From assembly GCA_045661305.1 (NCBI GenBank), contig JAZRFJ010000018.1, forward strand, positions 1 to 60,114: a DNA stretch of 60,114 nt. The letters run 5' to 3'. The stretch's first letter is position 1. Each line of letters starts with the position of its first letter. Of the stretch, positions 1 to 9,096 are shown one piece after another. The notes beneath the pieces are model-generated. The model worked only from the letters and a program-made list of their open reading frames with translations. It was not told where the DNA came from and searched no databases. A program made the position numbers and the translations under genes. This DNA is from Clostridia bacterium. Its GTDB lineage: Bacteria; Bacillota; Clostridia; UMGS1840.

Positions 1-11
1 CGAAAGGAAAG

Positions 12-800
12 ATGACTATGTTTTTTTTGAAAAATAAAAAAAATAATTTGAAAAATAACGAGAAAAATATCGAAACGGTTGATAAGAATAATATTCCTAC
101 TCATATAGCAATAATAATGGACGGAAACGGAAGATGGGCAAAAATGAGAGGACTTCCGAGAACGGCAGGGCATGCTGTGGGAGCTGATACACTTATTAAA
201 ATAGCACGATATGCGTTTGATATTGGTGTTAAGGTTTTGAGTGTGTATGCTTTTTCAACTGAAAATTGGTCACGACCTGAAAGCGAAGTAAATAATCTTA
301 TGGAGCTTTCTATGGAGAAAATTCCTCAAATGGAGTCTTTGATGGAGGGAAGAGAGGTATGCGTAAAGTTTTTGGGTGATGTAACAAGGTTTTCACCAAA
401 GCTTTATGAGATGCTGAAAAAAGAAGAAGAAAGAACTGAAAAATATGCTCATACAGGCTGTTTTTTAAATATATGTGCAAATTATGGCTCAAGAGACGAG
501 ATTACACTTGCAGTTAAAAAGATTTCTGAAAAGGTGAAAAATGGTGAAATTGAGATAGAGGATATATCACCAGAGTTGATTTCACAAAATTTATATACTG
601 CACATTGTCCTGACCCTGACCTTATTATAAGACCGAGCGGAGAATATCGTTTGTCGAACTTCCTTATGTATCAGGCTGCATACAGTGAATTTTATTATGA
701 TAATATTTTATGGCCTGATTTTTCACCACAGGACCTTGATAAAGCTATAATTGCATATCAGAAGAGAGACCGCAGATATGGCGGAGTGAAAGAAGCTTAG
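12..800 (+). CDS. uppS: Undecaprenyl diphosphate synthase (isoprenyl transferase)
   Basis: HIAIIMDGNGRWA, YAFSTENWSRP and RPSGEYRLSNF motifs; upstream of cdsA-dxr-rseP. Confidence 0.97.
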   Translation: MTMFFLKNKKNNLKNNEKNIETVDKNNIPTHIAIIMDGNGRWAKMRGLPRTAGHAVGADTLIKIARYAFDIGVKVLSVYAFSTENWSRPESEVNNLMELSMEKIPQMESLMEGREVCVKFLGDVTRFSPKLYEMLKKEEERTEKYAHTGCFLNICANYGSRDEITLAVKKISEKVKNGEIEIEDISPELISQNLYTAHCPDPDLIIRPSGEYRLSNFLMYQAAYSEFYYDNILWPDFSPQDLDKAIIAYQKRDRRYGGVKEA

Positions 801-817
801 AAAGTAGGGATTTTAAA

Positions 818-1627
818 ATGTTAAAAAGAACAATAAGCGGTGTGGTTGCCGCAGTAATTTTAATAGCTATATTATTTATGCATACATATGTTATAAGAAT
901 AGCTTTAACAGCAATACTTCTTTTATGTATGTTTGAAGCATTAAGATGTTTTGGAATGGAGAAAAAGAGATTTCTTGTTTTTACAGGTGTTTTTGGGTCT
1001 GTTATAATGCCTTTTATGGATATTATAGGTTTTAACTATATTGCACCTGTATTTGCGATATGTCTTATGCTACTCTCATTTTCTGCAATATTCGGATATA
1101 AGACAGTAAGTGTTTCGGATATTTCGTCACTTAGCTTTCTTATTTTACTTATTCCTTTTGGGCTTTCGCATTTAATCTACATAAGAGCACTTGATATGGG
1201 TGTGTATTATATATGGTTACCTATTTTAGGTGCATTCGGTGCTGATATCGGAGCTTATTTTATTGGTTGTGGGGTAGGTGGAAAAAAACTTTGCGAGGCA
1301 CTAAGTCCAAAAAAGACAGTTGCGGGAAGTATAGGTGCTTTTATAGGCTCAGTTGTAGCTTTTGTAATTTATGCTATTATAATAAAATTAATTTCAGATA
1401 TTCAAATCAATTATATTTTATACTTTTTAGTTGCAATTATCTGCGGAGGAATTTCTCAAATAGGGGATTTAACTGCGTCTTCTTTAAAAAGAGCAAATAA
1501 TATCAAGGATTTTGGGAAAATTATGCCCGGGCACGGCGGAATGCTTGACAGGGTGGACAGCTTATGCCTGATTTCACCTTTTGTTTACTATGTATTGACA
1601 CTTATACCATATAATATTTTCTATTAA
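818..1627 (+). CDS. cdsA: Phosphatidate cytidylyltransferase
   Basis: Multi-TM protein; SPKKT and KDFGKIMPGHGGMLDRVDS signature; synteny. Confidence 0.95.
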   Translation: MLKRTISGVVAAVILIAILFMHTYVIRIALTAILLLCMFEALRCFGMEKKRFLVFTGVFGSVIMPFMDIIGFNYIAPVFAICLMLLSFSAIFGYKTVSVSDISSLSFLILLIPFGLSHLIYIRALDMGVYYIWLPILGAFGADIGAYFIGCGVGGKKLCEALSPKKTVAGSIGAFIGSVVAFVIYAIIIKLISDIQINYILYFLVAIICGGISQIGDLTASSLKRANNIKDFGKIMPGHGGMLDRVDSLCLISPFVYYVLTLIPYNIFY

Positions 1628-1643
1628 TTTAAAGAGGTTTCTT

Positions 1644-2777
1644 ATGACTAAAAAAGTTTTTATAGCCGGCTCGACAGGTTCAATCGGAACACAGGCATTG
1701 AAGGTCTGCGAAATGCATAATATAAAAGTAGAGGCTCTTAGTGCAAATAAAAGCTGGGAGACACTTTGCAAACAGGCGAAAAAATATAATGTTAAAAAAG
1801 TTCACATAAATGACGAAGAAAAATATTATAATGTAAAAAATGAGCTCGGGAACGATGTTGAAGTTTATGCAGGCAGAAATGGACTTTTTGAGATGATTGC
1901 TTCATCATCTGCAGACACATTTTTAAATGGGATAACAGGCTTTCAGGGGCTTGAGCCTACTGTTTGTGCAATAGAAAAAAAGATGAAAATCGCTCTTGCA
2001 AATAAGGAAACCATTGTTTGCGGTGGCGAGTTTATTATGAATAAGGTGGAAAAAGACAATATTTGTCTTATGCCTGTTGACTCGGAGCATTCTGCTGTTT
2101 TTCAGTGCTTGCTTGGGAACCGCGATAAAGATGTGAAGAGAATAATTTTAACAGCTTCGGGCGGACCTTTTTTCGGAAGAAAATCATTAAAAGGTATAAC
2201 AAAAGAAGAAGCACTCAATCACCCAAACTGGTCAATGGGTAGTAAGATAACTATTGACAGTGCAACGCTTATGAATAAAGCACTTGAAGTAATAGAAGCA
2301 CATCATCTTTTCGGAAAGAAAAAAATTGATGTTGTAGTACATAGAGAAAGCATAGTACATTCTATGGTTGAATTTTGTGATAATTCTGTAATGGCACAAA
2401 TGGGTACACCTGATATGGCTATTCCTATTCAGCTTGCACTTACATATCCAAAAAGAAGAGAAAGTGTTGCAGGTGAGCTTGATTTTTCCAAAATATTAAA
2501 TTTAAGCTTTTATCCGCCTGACACAGATACATTTATTTCTTTAAGGCTTAGTTATGATGCTCTTAAAATTGGTGGAACTATGCCATGTATTTTAAATGCA
2601 GCAAATGAGGTTGCAGTTGAAGCTTTCCTGGATGGTAAGATAGAATTTGAAGAAATACCTGTCTTAACAGAGAAAACTATGGCAAAAATAAAACCGATTT
2701 ATAATTACAGTTTGAATGATATTTTAGAGTGCGATTCCGAGGCGAGGGAATATGCAAAAGCAAATTTGAAAAATTAA
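1644..2777 (+). CDS. dxr: 1-deoxy-D-xylulose-5-phosphate reductoisomerase
   Basis: GSTGSIG, LANKET, PVDSEHSA and HPNWSMGSKITIDSATLMNK motifs. Confidence 0.97.
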   Translation: MTKKVFIAGSTGSIGTQALKVCEMHNIKVEALSANKSWETLCKQAKKYNVKKVHINDEEKYYNVKNELGNDVEVYAGRNGLFEMIASSSADTFLNGITGFQGLEPTVCAIEKKMKIALANKETIVCGGEFIMNKVEKDNICLMPVDSEHSAVFQCLLGNRDKDVKRIILTASGGPFFGRKSLKGITKEEALNHPNWSMGSKITIDSATLMNKALEVIEAHHLFGKKKIDVVVHRESIVHSMVEFCDNSVMAQMGTPDMAIPIQLALTYPKRRESVAGELDFSKILNLSFYPPDTDTFISLRLSYDALKIGGTMPCILNAANEVAVEAFLDGKIEFEEIPVLTEKTMAKIKPIYNYSLNDILECDSEAREYAKANLKN

Positions 2778-2804
2778 TTTTTGAAAGGGAAGCGATTAAG
2801 TTTT

Positions 2805-3824
2805 ATGTCAATTATCATCAGTACTCTTGCAGTTATGATTGTTTTCGGGCTCATAATTTTTATTCATGAATTCGGACATTTTTCTACTGCAAAGCTTTTT
2901 AAGGTAAAGGTGCATGAATTTGCAATAGGAATGGGACCTTGCATTTTTAAAAAGCAAAAAGGCGATACACTTTACAGCTTAAGGCTTATTCCAATGGGTG
3001 GCTATGTAAAAATGGAAGGTGAGGAAGAGGCTTCGGAGGACGAAAATTCTTTTTCAAAAAAGAAACCCTGGCAAAGACTGATAATTTTAGCCTCAGGTGC
3101 AGTTATGAATTTCATTCTCGGCATTGTTTTTATTATTATTCTTTTCGGAGCAACATATCCCGTAATACCTACCACAACAATAAGCGAAGTCCTTACAGAT
3201 TACGGTGCTTATGAGGCAGGAATAAAAGCAGGGGACGAAATTTATAAGGTAAACAACGAGAGAATAAGTAACAGTATGGATATTTCACTTGCAACAGGTG
3301 ATTCTGATGTTGCAAATGTGATAGTTATAAGAAATGGTGAGCAAAAAGAATTTAATGTAAAATTAAAAAGCGAAGAAAACGATGGGAAGTATCTTGGCAT
3401 AAAGTTAGGAGCAGTTCCTAAAAATCCGTTTAATCTTACAGCATATTCCTTTAATTATGCAAAAACCATAATAAAGCTTACTTATAAATCCTTTATAGGA
3501 ATGTTTACGGGAAATGTGTCTGTAAATGATATGTCAGGTCCTGTTGGTATTGTGACAGAGATAGGGAGTGCAGCACAAAGAGGAATTGAGGATGTTTTAT
3601 TTATACTGATACTTATAACTCTAAACTTAGGTGTTGTAAATCTTTTCCCGCTTCCTGCACTTGACGGCGGCAGAATCGTGTTTGTAATTTTTGAAATGCT
3701 TACAGGAAAAAAACTAAAGACCGAGCACGAAGCTATTATACATTTTATAGGCTTTATGTTACTCATTCTTTTTATGCTTTATATAACTAAAAATGATATT
3801 ACACGGCTTATTTTCGGTAAATAA
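2805..3824 (+). CDS. rseP: RIP metalloprotease RseP (M50 family, PDZ domain)
   Basis: HEFGH zinc motif, NLFPLPALDGG and a PDZ-like middle; ATG 2805 chosen, TTG 2781 possible. Confidence 0.95.
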   Translation: MSIIISTLAVMIVFGLIIFIHEFGHFSTAKLFKVKVHEFAIGMGPCIFKKQKGDTLYSLRLIPMGGYVKMEGEEEASEDENSFSKKKPWQRLIILASGAVMNFILGIVFIIILFGATYPVIPTTTISEVLTDYGAYEAGIKAGDEIYKVNNERISNSMDISLATGDSDVANVIVIRNGEQKEFNVKLKSEENDGKYLGIKLGAVPKNPFNLTAYSFNYAKTIIKLTYKSFIGMFTGNVSVNDMSGPVGIVTEIGSAAQRGIEDVLFILILITLNLGVVNLFPLPALDGGRIVFVIFEMLTGKKLKTEHEAIIHFIGFMLLILFMLYITKNDITRLIFGK

Positions 3825-3841
3825 TTATGAAAAGGCGTGGT

Positions 3842-3882
3842 GGAGCTGTAGCAAAATGCTTTCATTTTGCTACAGCTCCTTT
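3842..3882 (+). terminator. 17-bp perfect hairpin after rseP (terminator-like)
   Basis: GGAGCTGTAGCAAAATG-cttt-CATTTTGCTACAGCTCC followed by TTT. Confidence 0.6.
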
Positions 3883-4111
3883 GGGCTGGACGGAAAATAG
3901 CGTAGATTGGACAAACTGAACCCGTAGGGGACACCCGAAGCTGTATATAGATACAGCGAGAGGTGAAGTTTGTTCAAAACACAAGGCATTAAAAAAAGAA
4001 GAATTTCTTTATATGACGAATTTTTTATTATTTCGATACAGTTGATATAAAAAATGCCTTTATTAAGCCTTTTCTTTTGCCTTGTGTGATGTACGCATTT
4101 TACTACAGCCT
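3883..4111 (+). ncRNA. Multi-stem structured element resembling the Clostridiales-1 RNA motif
   Basis: Nested pairings GGCTG/CAGCC, AAAAT/ATTTT, GCGTA/TACGC, TTGGACAAACT/AGTTTGTTCAA, CACC/GGTG, GCTGTAT/ATACAGC and CACAAGGCA/TGCCTTGTG; AAATAGCGTAGATTGGAC...GTGATGTACGCATTT matches my recollection of Clostridiales-1 (not verified by a CM search). Confidence 0.65.
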
Positions 4112-4959
4112 TACCTGTAATACTTAAATCCTTCTCCCTGAATTTCTGTTGATGGAGAAACAATAATAAAAGCCTTGTAATCCTCATGTTCTGCAATTTT
4201 TCTAAGCTCTGTAAGCTCCTTTTTCTTCATAGCACACATAAGAATTTCTTTTCCCTCTGTACTGTAACCGCCTTTAGCATCAATAACAGTTACGCCTCTG
4301 CCCAGTTTATTGATAATATCCTTTTCAAAACCGTTTCCTTTTGGGGTAATAATATATGCAACAACAGCACCGTTTAGTTTTGATATAATAAAATCAATTA
4401 CCCAAGTGGAAATAAAAAGCGTTGCTATTCCGTACATTGTAAGCTTTATATCCTTAAATACAAAGTAAGATATTGAAATAATAACAAAGTCAATCGCAGA
4501 TAAAATTACACCTATCGAGAGGGAAGGTAGTCTTTTTTGAGATATTCTTGATACAATATCTGTACCTCCTGTTGTACTGCCCTGCGAAAATGTCATTCCT
4601 ATTCCGATACCGCATAGTATTCCTCCAAAGACGCTTGACAAAACAAGGTCGTCAAATCTTAACTCAAAATTTTTTGTCAGTTCCATAAATACAGGGATTG
4701 CAATTATTCCGACTAAAGAATCTACAACAAATTTTTTCCCAAGCTCAATGTAGGCGGCAATTCCGATAATAATATTTAATATTCCCATAACTATTCCCGG
4801 AGAAATTCCCGAAATATAGTATACGATTGTTGCAATTCCACTTACTCCGCCCGTTACAATTTTTGCAGGAATCATAAAAAGATTTACTGCCACAGAAAAA
4901 AGCAGTGCACCGGAAAGTATAATAGAATATTTATATATAAAATTCACAATAATCACCAT
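4111..4959 (-). CDS. YitT family membrane protein (DUF161/DUF2179)
   Basis: GGVSGIA, GSTTGGTDI, RGVT and C-terminal EIQGEGF motifs; start ATG 4959 or GTG 4947. Confidence 0.9.
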   Translation of the reverse strand: MVIIVNFIYKYSIILSGALLFSVAVNLFMIPAKIVTGGVSGIATIVYYISGISPGIVMGILNIIIGIAAYIELGKKFVVDSLVGIIAIPVFMELTKNFELRFDDLVLSSVFGGILCGIGIGMTFSQGSTTGGTDIVSRISQKRLPSLSIGVILSAIDFVIISISYFVFKDIKLTMYGIATLFISTWVIDFIISKLNGAVVAYIITPKGNGFEKDIINKLGRGVTVIDAKGGYSTEGKEILMCAMKKKELTELRKIAEHEDYKAFIIVSPSTEIQGEGFKYYR

Positions 4960-5019
4960 TATTATTATTGTGTTATTTAAAAATAAAAAACACAAAAAAA
5001 TAATTTTTTTAAAAAAAGC

Positions 5020-5048
5020 TTGACATTTTTGGAAAAATCATATATAAT
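5020..5048 (+). promoter_or_regulatory. SigA promoter of rpsT
   Basis: TTGACA-N17-TATAAT perfect consensus. Confidence 0.85.
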
Positions 5049-5076
5049 AATTCAGTATCTAAAATTATGTAAGTTA

Positions 5077-5128
5077 TTTGAGATGATAAATCAAGTCGTT
5101 CTTGATTGTAACCTCTCCTCATCTCAAA
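5077..5128 (+). promoter_or_regulatory. Structured rpsT 5' leader (candidate S20 ribosomal-protein leader)
   Basis: TTTGAGATGA/TCATCTCAAA stem enclosing an AATCAAG/CTTGATT hairpin, between promoter and RBS. Confidence 0.5.
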
Positions 5129-5177
5129 ACTATATAAAAACAGTTTTTACATTTATTTTAAAAGGAGAAATTTAAAA

Positions 5178-5447
5178 ATGCCAAACATTAAATCAGCTAA
5201 AAAAAGAGTTAAAGTTATCGCTACTAAAACATTACAGAATCAGATGATAAAATCAAACCTTAAAACAACACTTAAAAACTATGATGCTGTTTTGGAAGGT
5301 ACTGACAAAGAAGCTATGACAGCTGCATACAAGAAAACTGTAAAGACAATTGACCAGGCTGCTAACAAAAATATTCTTAAAAAGAATACTGCTTCAAGAA
5401 AAAAATCTGCTGTAGCTAAAAAGCTTAACGCCGCTTTATCTAAGTAG
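5178..5447 (+). CDS. rpsT: 30S ribosomal protein S20
   Basis: MPNIKSAKKRV...KNTASRKKS; AAAGGAG RBS. Confidence 0.98.
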   Translation: MPNIKSAKKRVKVIATKTLQNQMIKSNLKTTLKNYDAVLEGTDKEAMTAAYKKTVKTIDQAANKNILKKNTASRKKSAVAKKLNAALSK

Positions 5448-5467
5448 TAATTAAATATTAAAAAATT

Positions 5468-5498
5468 AGGATGTTAAAAAATTGATTTTTAACATCCT
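5468..5498. terminator. Bidirectional terminator rpsT/znuB
   Basis: AGGATGTTAAAAA-attga-TTTTTAACATCCT between convergent genes. Confidence 0.75.
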
Positions 5499-6304
5499 TT
5501 TATTTTCTTTATTAAGTGGAAAACAATAAACATAAATGCATTAACTATAACAACACTTGCACCTGCGGGGAGCGATAAAATATACGAAAAAATCATTCCG
5601 ACTATAAAGGAAAAAACGGCTATTACGCCTGACGAAATTATTACACTCTTAAAATTTTTAAAAATTCTCATAGAGGTAAGAGCAGGAAATATTATAAGAT
5701 TAGAGATAAGCATTGCTCCCATCATTCTAAGACCTATAACAACACAAAGTGCTGTAAAAAGTGCAATCATACAGATATATAAATCAGAATTTGTCCCTGT
5801 TGCTTTTGCGAAGTTTTCATCGAATGAAATTGTAAAAATTTCGTGGTATGAAAATAGAAAAAATAAAAGCACCATAACGCACAAAATAATACAAATAACA
5901 ACATCGCTTTCACTCATCGCAAGAATACTTCCGAACATATAGCTGTAAACATCAGAATTAAGTCCGCCCGAAAGTGAAGATGCACATACGCCAAGAGCAA
6001 GGGAAACTCCCGAAATAAGTCCGATTGCAGAATCACCTCTTATTTTTGAGCTTGAGCCTATTTTAAGAAGAAAAAATGCAGAAATTACAACAATAGGGAT
6101 ACATATTATAAGAGGAGTTTTATTAAGAGCAAGGGCAACGCTGAAAGCACCAAAGCCAACATGAGAAAGTCCGTCACCTATCATAGAAAATCTTTTTAAA
6201 ACAAGAGTTACTCCCAAAAGTGCACAAGTAAGGCACATAAAAATCCCTGCTATAAAAGCACGCATTATAAATTCGTGAGATAAAAATGTTTCAATTAATT
6301 CCAT
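5489..6304 (-). CDS. znuB: Zn/Mn ABC transporter permease
   Basis: ABC-3 family: SMIGDGLSHV, YMFGSILA; multi-TM. Confidence 0.9.
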   Translation of the reverse strand: MELIETFLSHEFIMRAFIAGIFMCLTCALLGVTLVLKRFSMIGDGLSHVGFGAFSVALALNKTPLIICIPIVVISAFFLLKIGSSSKIRGDSAIGLISGVSLALGVCASSLSGGLNSDVYSYMFGSILAMSESDVVICIILCVMVLLFFLFSYHEIFTISFDENFAKATGTNSDLYICMIALFTALCVVIGLRMMGAMLISNLIIFPALTSMRIFKNFKSVIISSGVIAVFSFIVGMIFSYILSLPAGASVVIVNAFMFIVFHLIKKIKGC

Positions 6305-6986
6305 TTTTAAAATTTGCCTCCTTGAAATTCATTTTTTCAAATTCTTGTTTCGTTCCAAAGAAAACTTCATTGCTTAAATAGAGGATTTTTTTAGCATTAA
6401 AAACAGCAAGCTCTTTATCATGAGAAATCATAAAAATGGTTATTCCCTCACGGTTTAAGCGGGATAAAACGGCATAAAAGTCACTAGCTGTTTCGTTGTC
6501 AAGTGTATTTACAGGCTCGTCAAGAAAAAGTATTTCCTCACCTGCACAAAGCGCCCGTGCAATAAGCACCCTTTGTTGCTGACCTCCTGAAAGTTCGGAA
6601 AAATGTTTTTTTCTTAGATGTGAAATTCCAAGTTTATCCATATTTTTTTCTGCAATTTCTTTTTCTTTTTTTAGAAAGAATGGTCTTAATCCCTTTTTTG
6701 AAATTAGTCCCGACATTACAATTTCATTAACACAAGCGGGAAAATCCTGCTGAATTTGAGTTTGTTGAGGCAGATAGCCTACGCAGTTTTTCCTTATGTT
6801 GAAATTGATTTCTCCGCTTTTTATTTTCAAAAGTCCTAAAATGCCTTTTATAAGAGTGGTTTTTCCCGAACCATTGTCCCCTAAAACGCAAATATAGTCA
6901 CCTTTATTGATTGAAAAAGACAGATTATCAATAACTTTTTTATTTTCGTATTGAATTGTAACATTTTTTAGTGTTATCTGCTCCAT
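6291..6986 (-). CDS. znuC: Zn/Mn ABC transporter ATP-binding protein
   Basis: Walker A GDNGSGKT, LSGGQQQR, LFLDEP, H-loop ISHD. Confidence 0.92.
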   Translation of the reverse strand: MEQITLKNVTIQYENKKVIDNLSFSINKGDYICVLGDNGSGKTTLIKGILGLLKIKSGEINFNIRKNCVGYLPQQTQIQQDFPACVNEIVMSGLISKKGLRPFFLKKEKEIAEKNMDKLGISHLRKKHFSELSGGQQQRVLIARALCAGEEILFLDEPVNTLDNETASDFYAVLSRLNREGITIFMISHDKELAVFNAKKILYLSNEVFFGTKQEFEKMNFKEANFKNGIN

Positions 6987-6987
6987 T

Positions 6988-7920
6988 TTATTTCAGTCCT
7001 TCCAACGCTTTTATGTTGTTTCTCATAAGCGAAAGATAGGTTTCTCCTCTTTCAAATTCTTCTTTTGTAACATTGTGACAAGAGTGAAAAAGTGAACTTT
7101 TCACACCTGTCTGGCTTTTCACGGCATCTGTTATTTTAGTGTCTGAAAGCTCGGTATAAAACACAGTTTTTATGTTTTCTCTATTTATTGTATCAATAAG
7201 AGTTGTCATAGACTTTATATCAGGCTCGGTTTCCAAACTGCAAGATTCAAATGCACTTATATACTTTATATTATAATCTTTTGAAAGATATAAAAAAGGA
7301 AAACGGCTTGTGAATACAAAGGTTTTATCAATATGCTTTGAAAATGTATCTTCAAAATCATTATCAAGCTTGTCAAGTTCTTTTAAGTATTCATCTGTGT
7401 TTTTTTGATATATTTCTTCGTTATTTTTATCTGCTTTTGAAAAAGCTTCACATATGTTTCGTACCATTATTTTTGCGTTTTTTGGAGATGTCCATATGTG
7501 AGGGTCAACATTGTGTAAATGTTGGGTGCTTTCTTTGTCATTATGTGTATGTTCAAGGGGTATCCCTTTTGAAGTGTCACATATAACCGTACTTTCTGAT
7601 TTTACTGAAGAAATAAGCTTTTTTGCCCAAAGTTCCATATTTTCGCCTGTGTATATAAAAAGGTCACATTCACTCACCTTTATCATATCGGAGCTTTTTG
7701 GCTCAAAGCTATGGCTGTCAACACCCGGTTGCGTAAGTAATATAATTTCAGCGGTATTTCCGCTTACAGCTTTTGCAAAATCATACAGTGGAAAAAGTGT
7801 TGTAACAACTAAAAGCTTGTCTTTTTTTTCTGTTTCTGTTTTGTTGCATGAGGTTAAGCTAAAAAGCGAAAAAACAATAATAAATATAACAAATATATTA
7901 ACAGTATTTTTGAATTTCAT
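6988..7920 (-). CDS. znuA: Zn/Mn ABC transporter substrate-binding lipoprotein
   Basis: Lipobox LTSC, DSHSFEP, His-rich loop then DPHIWTSP; true start likely ATG 7920 (AGGGGTG RBS), not 8034. Confidence 0.9.
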   Translation of the reverse strand: MKFKNTVNIFVIFIIVFSLFSLTSCNKTETEKKDKLLVVTTLFPLYDFAKAVSGNTAEIILLTQPGVDSHSFEPKSSDMIKVSECDLFIYTGENMELWAKKLISSVKSESTVICDTSKGIPLEHTHNDKESTQHLHNVDPHIWTSPKNAKIMVRNICEAFSKADKNNEEIYQKNTDEYLKELDKLDNDFEDTFSKHIDKTFVFTSRFPFLYLSKDYNIKYISAFESCSLETEPDIKSMTTLIDTINRENIKTVFYTELSDTKITDAVKSQTGVKSSLFHSCHNVTKEEFERGETYLSLMRNNIKALEGLK

Positions 7921-7930
7921 AATAACACCC

Positions 7931-7970
7931 CTACTTCCCGCACTTTTCGCACTTTTCGCACTTTTCGCAC
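7931..7970 (-). repeat. 9-bp tandem repeat (GAAAAGTGC)x3 encoding CEKCEKCEKC
   Basis: Direct reading of the sequence. Confidence 0.9.
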
Positions 7971-8347
7971 AGCCCATAAAAAACAGTTTTAACTGTGTCA
8001 ACCTTAAAATTGTGGTCAGACAAAATATGCTCATAAACAGAGCTTAGATTTTCACATTCAAGGTGAATGAGTTTTCCGCAACCGTTACATACAAGATGAA
8101 AATGACTTTCACAGCCTCTTTTTTTATCAAAATATCTGTAAGTTGCACTCTCGTTATCTTCAGTTATAAATTTTCTTACCATTCCAGCTTCTGTGAGTTT
8201 ATTTAAGTGACGGTAGACGGTAGCTGTTCCAACAGAAATATTTTCCTCTTTTAAATACTCAATAAGCTTTTCTGCACTCATGCTTTCGTTTTCATGTTTT
8301 TTAAGACATTCAAGAACAAAGCTTTTTTGTTTTGTTTTATATGCCAT
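7931..8347 (-). CDS. zur: Fur-family regulator, probably Zur
   Basis: ATVYRHL, HFHLVCNGCG and C-terminal CxxC; heads the znu operon; start ATG 8347 with GAGGT RBS. Confidence 0.85.
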   Translation of the reverse strand: MAYKTKQKSFVLECLKKHENESMSAEKLIEYLKEENISVGTATVYRHLNKLTEAGMVRKFITEDNESATYRYFDKKRGCESHFHLVCNGCGKLIHLECENLSSVYEHILSDHNFKVDTVKTVFYGLCEKCEKCEKCGK

Positions 8348-8369
8348 AACCTTATACCTCTTTTTAAAA

Positions 8370-8390
8370 TGAAATTGATAATCATTTTCA
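8370..8390. promoter_or_regulatory. Fur/Zur box
   Basis: TGAAATTGATAATCATTTTCA near-palindrome containing TGATAATcATTTTCA (one mismatch to the 7-1-7 Fur box), just downstream of the promoter. Confidence 0.7.
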
Positions 8391-8402
8391 AATTCAAGAG
8401 CT

Positions 8403-8431
8403 ATTTTATCATAAAATATATAAAATGTCAA
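8403..8431 (-). promoter_or_regulatory. SigA promoter of zur-znuACB
   Basis: TTGACA-N17-TAAAAT with TGn extension. Confidence 0.75.
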
Positions 8432-8467
8432 GAAAAGTTCGGAATAAAACAGGATTTTTAATCGACA

Positions 8468-8504
8468 AAAAACGATGTCCTAATAATTTTAAGACATCGT
8501 TTTT
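8468..8504 (-). terminator. Terminator after PRTase gene
   Basis: AAAAACGATGTC/GACATCGTTTTT inverted repeat. Confidence 0.7.
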
Positions 8505-8523
8505 AGTTTATTAACTTTTAAAA

Positions 8524-9075
8524 TTACTTAACTGTTCCGTCGGGATTGAAAAGCGGTAACGGAGCAAGATATGTTATATCTTCTCTTCCGATAGCATCAC
8601 CCTCAGCCAAAACTGCTAATTTGCCAACAATGTTTCCGCCTGCTTGTTCAACAAGCTTGCAAAGTGCATTTAGTGACTCTCCTGTTGAAATAACATCGTC
8701 TACAATGAGAACATTTTTACCCCTCATTTTTGCAACCTCGTCTCCGCTGATGCATAAAATCTGTTTGTGGTCAGTGGTGATTGATTTTACTTCTACGGTA
8801 AGCACATCCTGCATGTAAAGCTTAGGACCTTTTCTTGCAAGGATATAGTTGTTCTCACCGCTTTGGCGTGCCATTTCGTACAAAAGAGGCAATCCTTTAG
8901 ATTCAGCAGTTATCATTATATCATGCTTTGGAGCAATTTTTAAAAGCTCGCTCGCTGCGTGTTTTGTTATTTCAACATCACCGAACATAACAAAAGCACC
9001 GATATATAAGCTGTCATTTACCTTGCATAAGGGTAAATCTCTTTTCATTCCTTTTATGTCAATAGTATAATGCAT
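8524..9075 (-). CDS. Purine (adenine-type) phosphoribosyltransferase
   Basis: PRPP motif VLIVDDVISTGES; AESKG; downstream of an NCS2 permease. Confidence 0.85.
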   Translation of the reverse strand: MHYTIDIKGMKRDLPLCKVNDSLYIGAFVMFGDVEITKHAASELLKIAPKHDIMITAESKGLPLLYEMARQSGENNYILARKGPKLYMQDVLTVEVKSITTDHKQILCISGDEVAKMRGKNVLIVDDVISTGESLNALCKLVEQAGGNIVGKLAVLAEGDAIGREDITYLAPLPLFNPDGTVK

Positions 9076-9096
9076 TTTGTTCCCTCTTTTTATCTG

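Noticed and set aside
3883-4111. 6S RNA, SRP RNA or riboswitch
   Set aside because: No upstream promoter seen, no SRP GGAA/AGCAG domain, branched rather than rod-shaped, and lies between convergent 3' ends
3870-4196. 108-aa minus-strand ORF
   Set aside because: Overlaps yitT out of frame and the structured element; no RBS and no recognisable family
7921-8034. N-terminal extension of ZnuA (AKSAKSAKS)
   Set aside because: Alternative frame of the zur 3' end; signal peptide and RBS indicate a start at 7920
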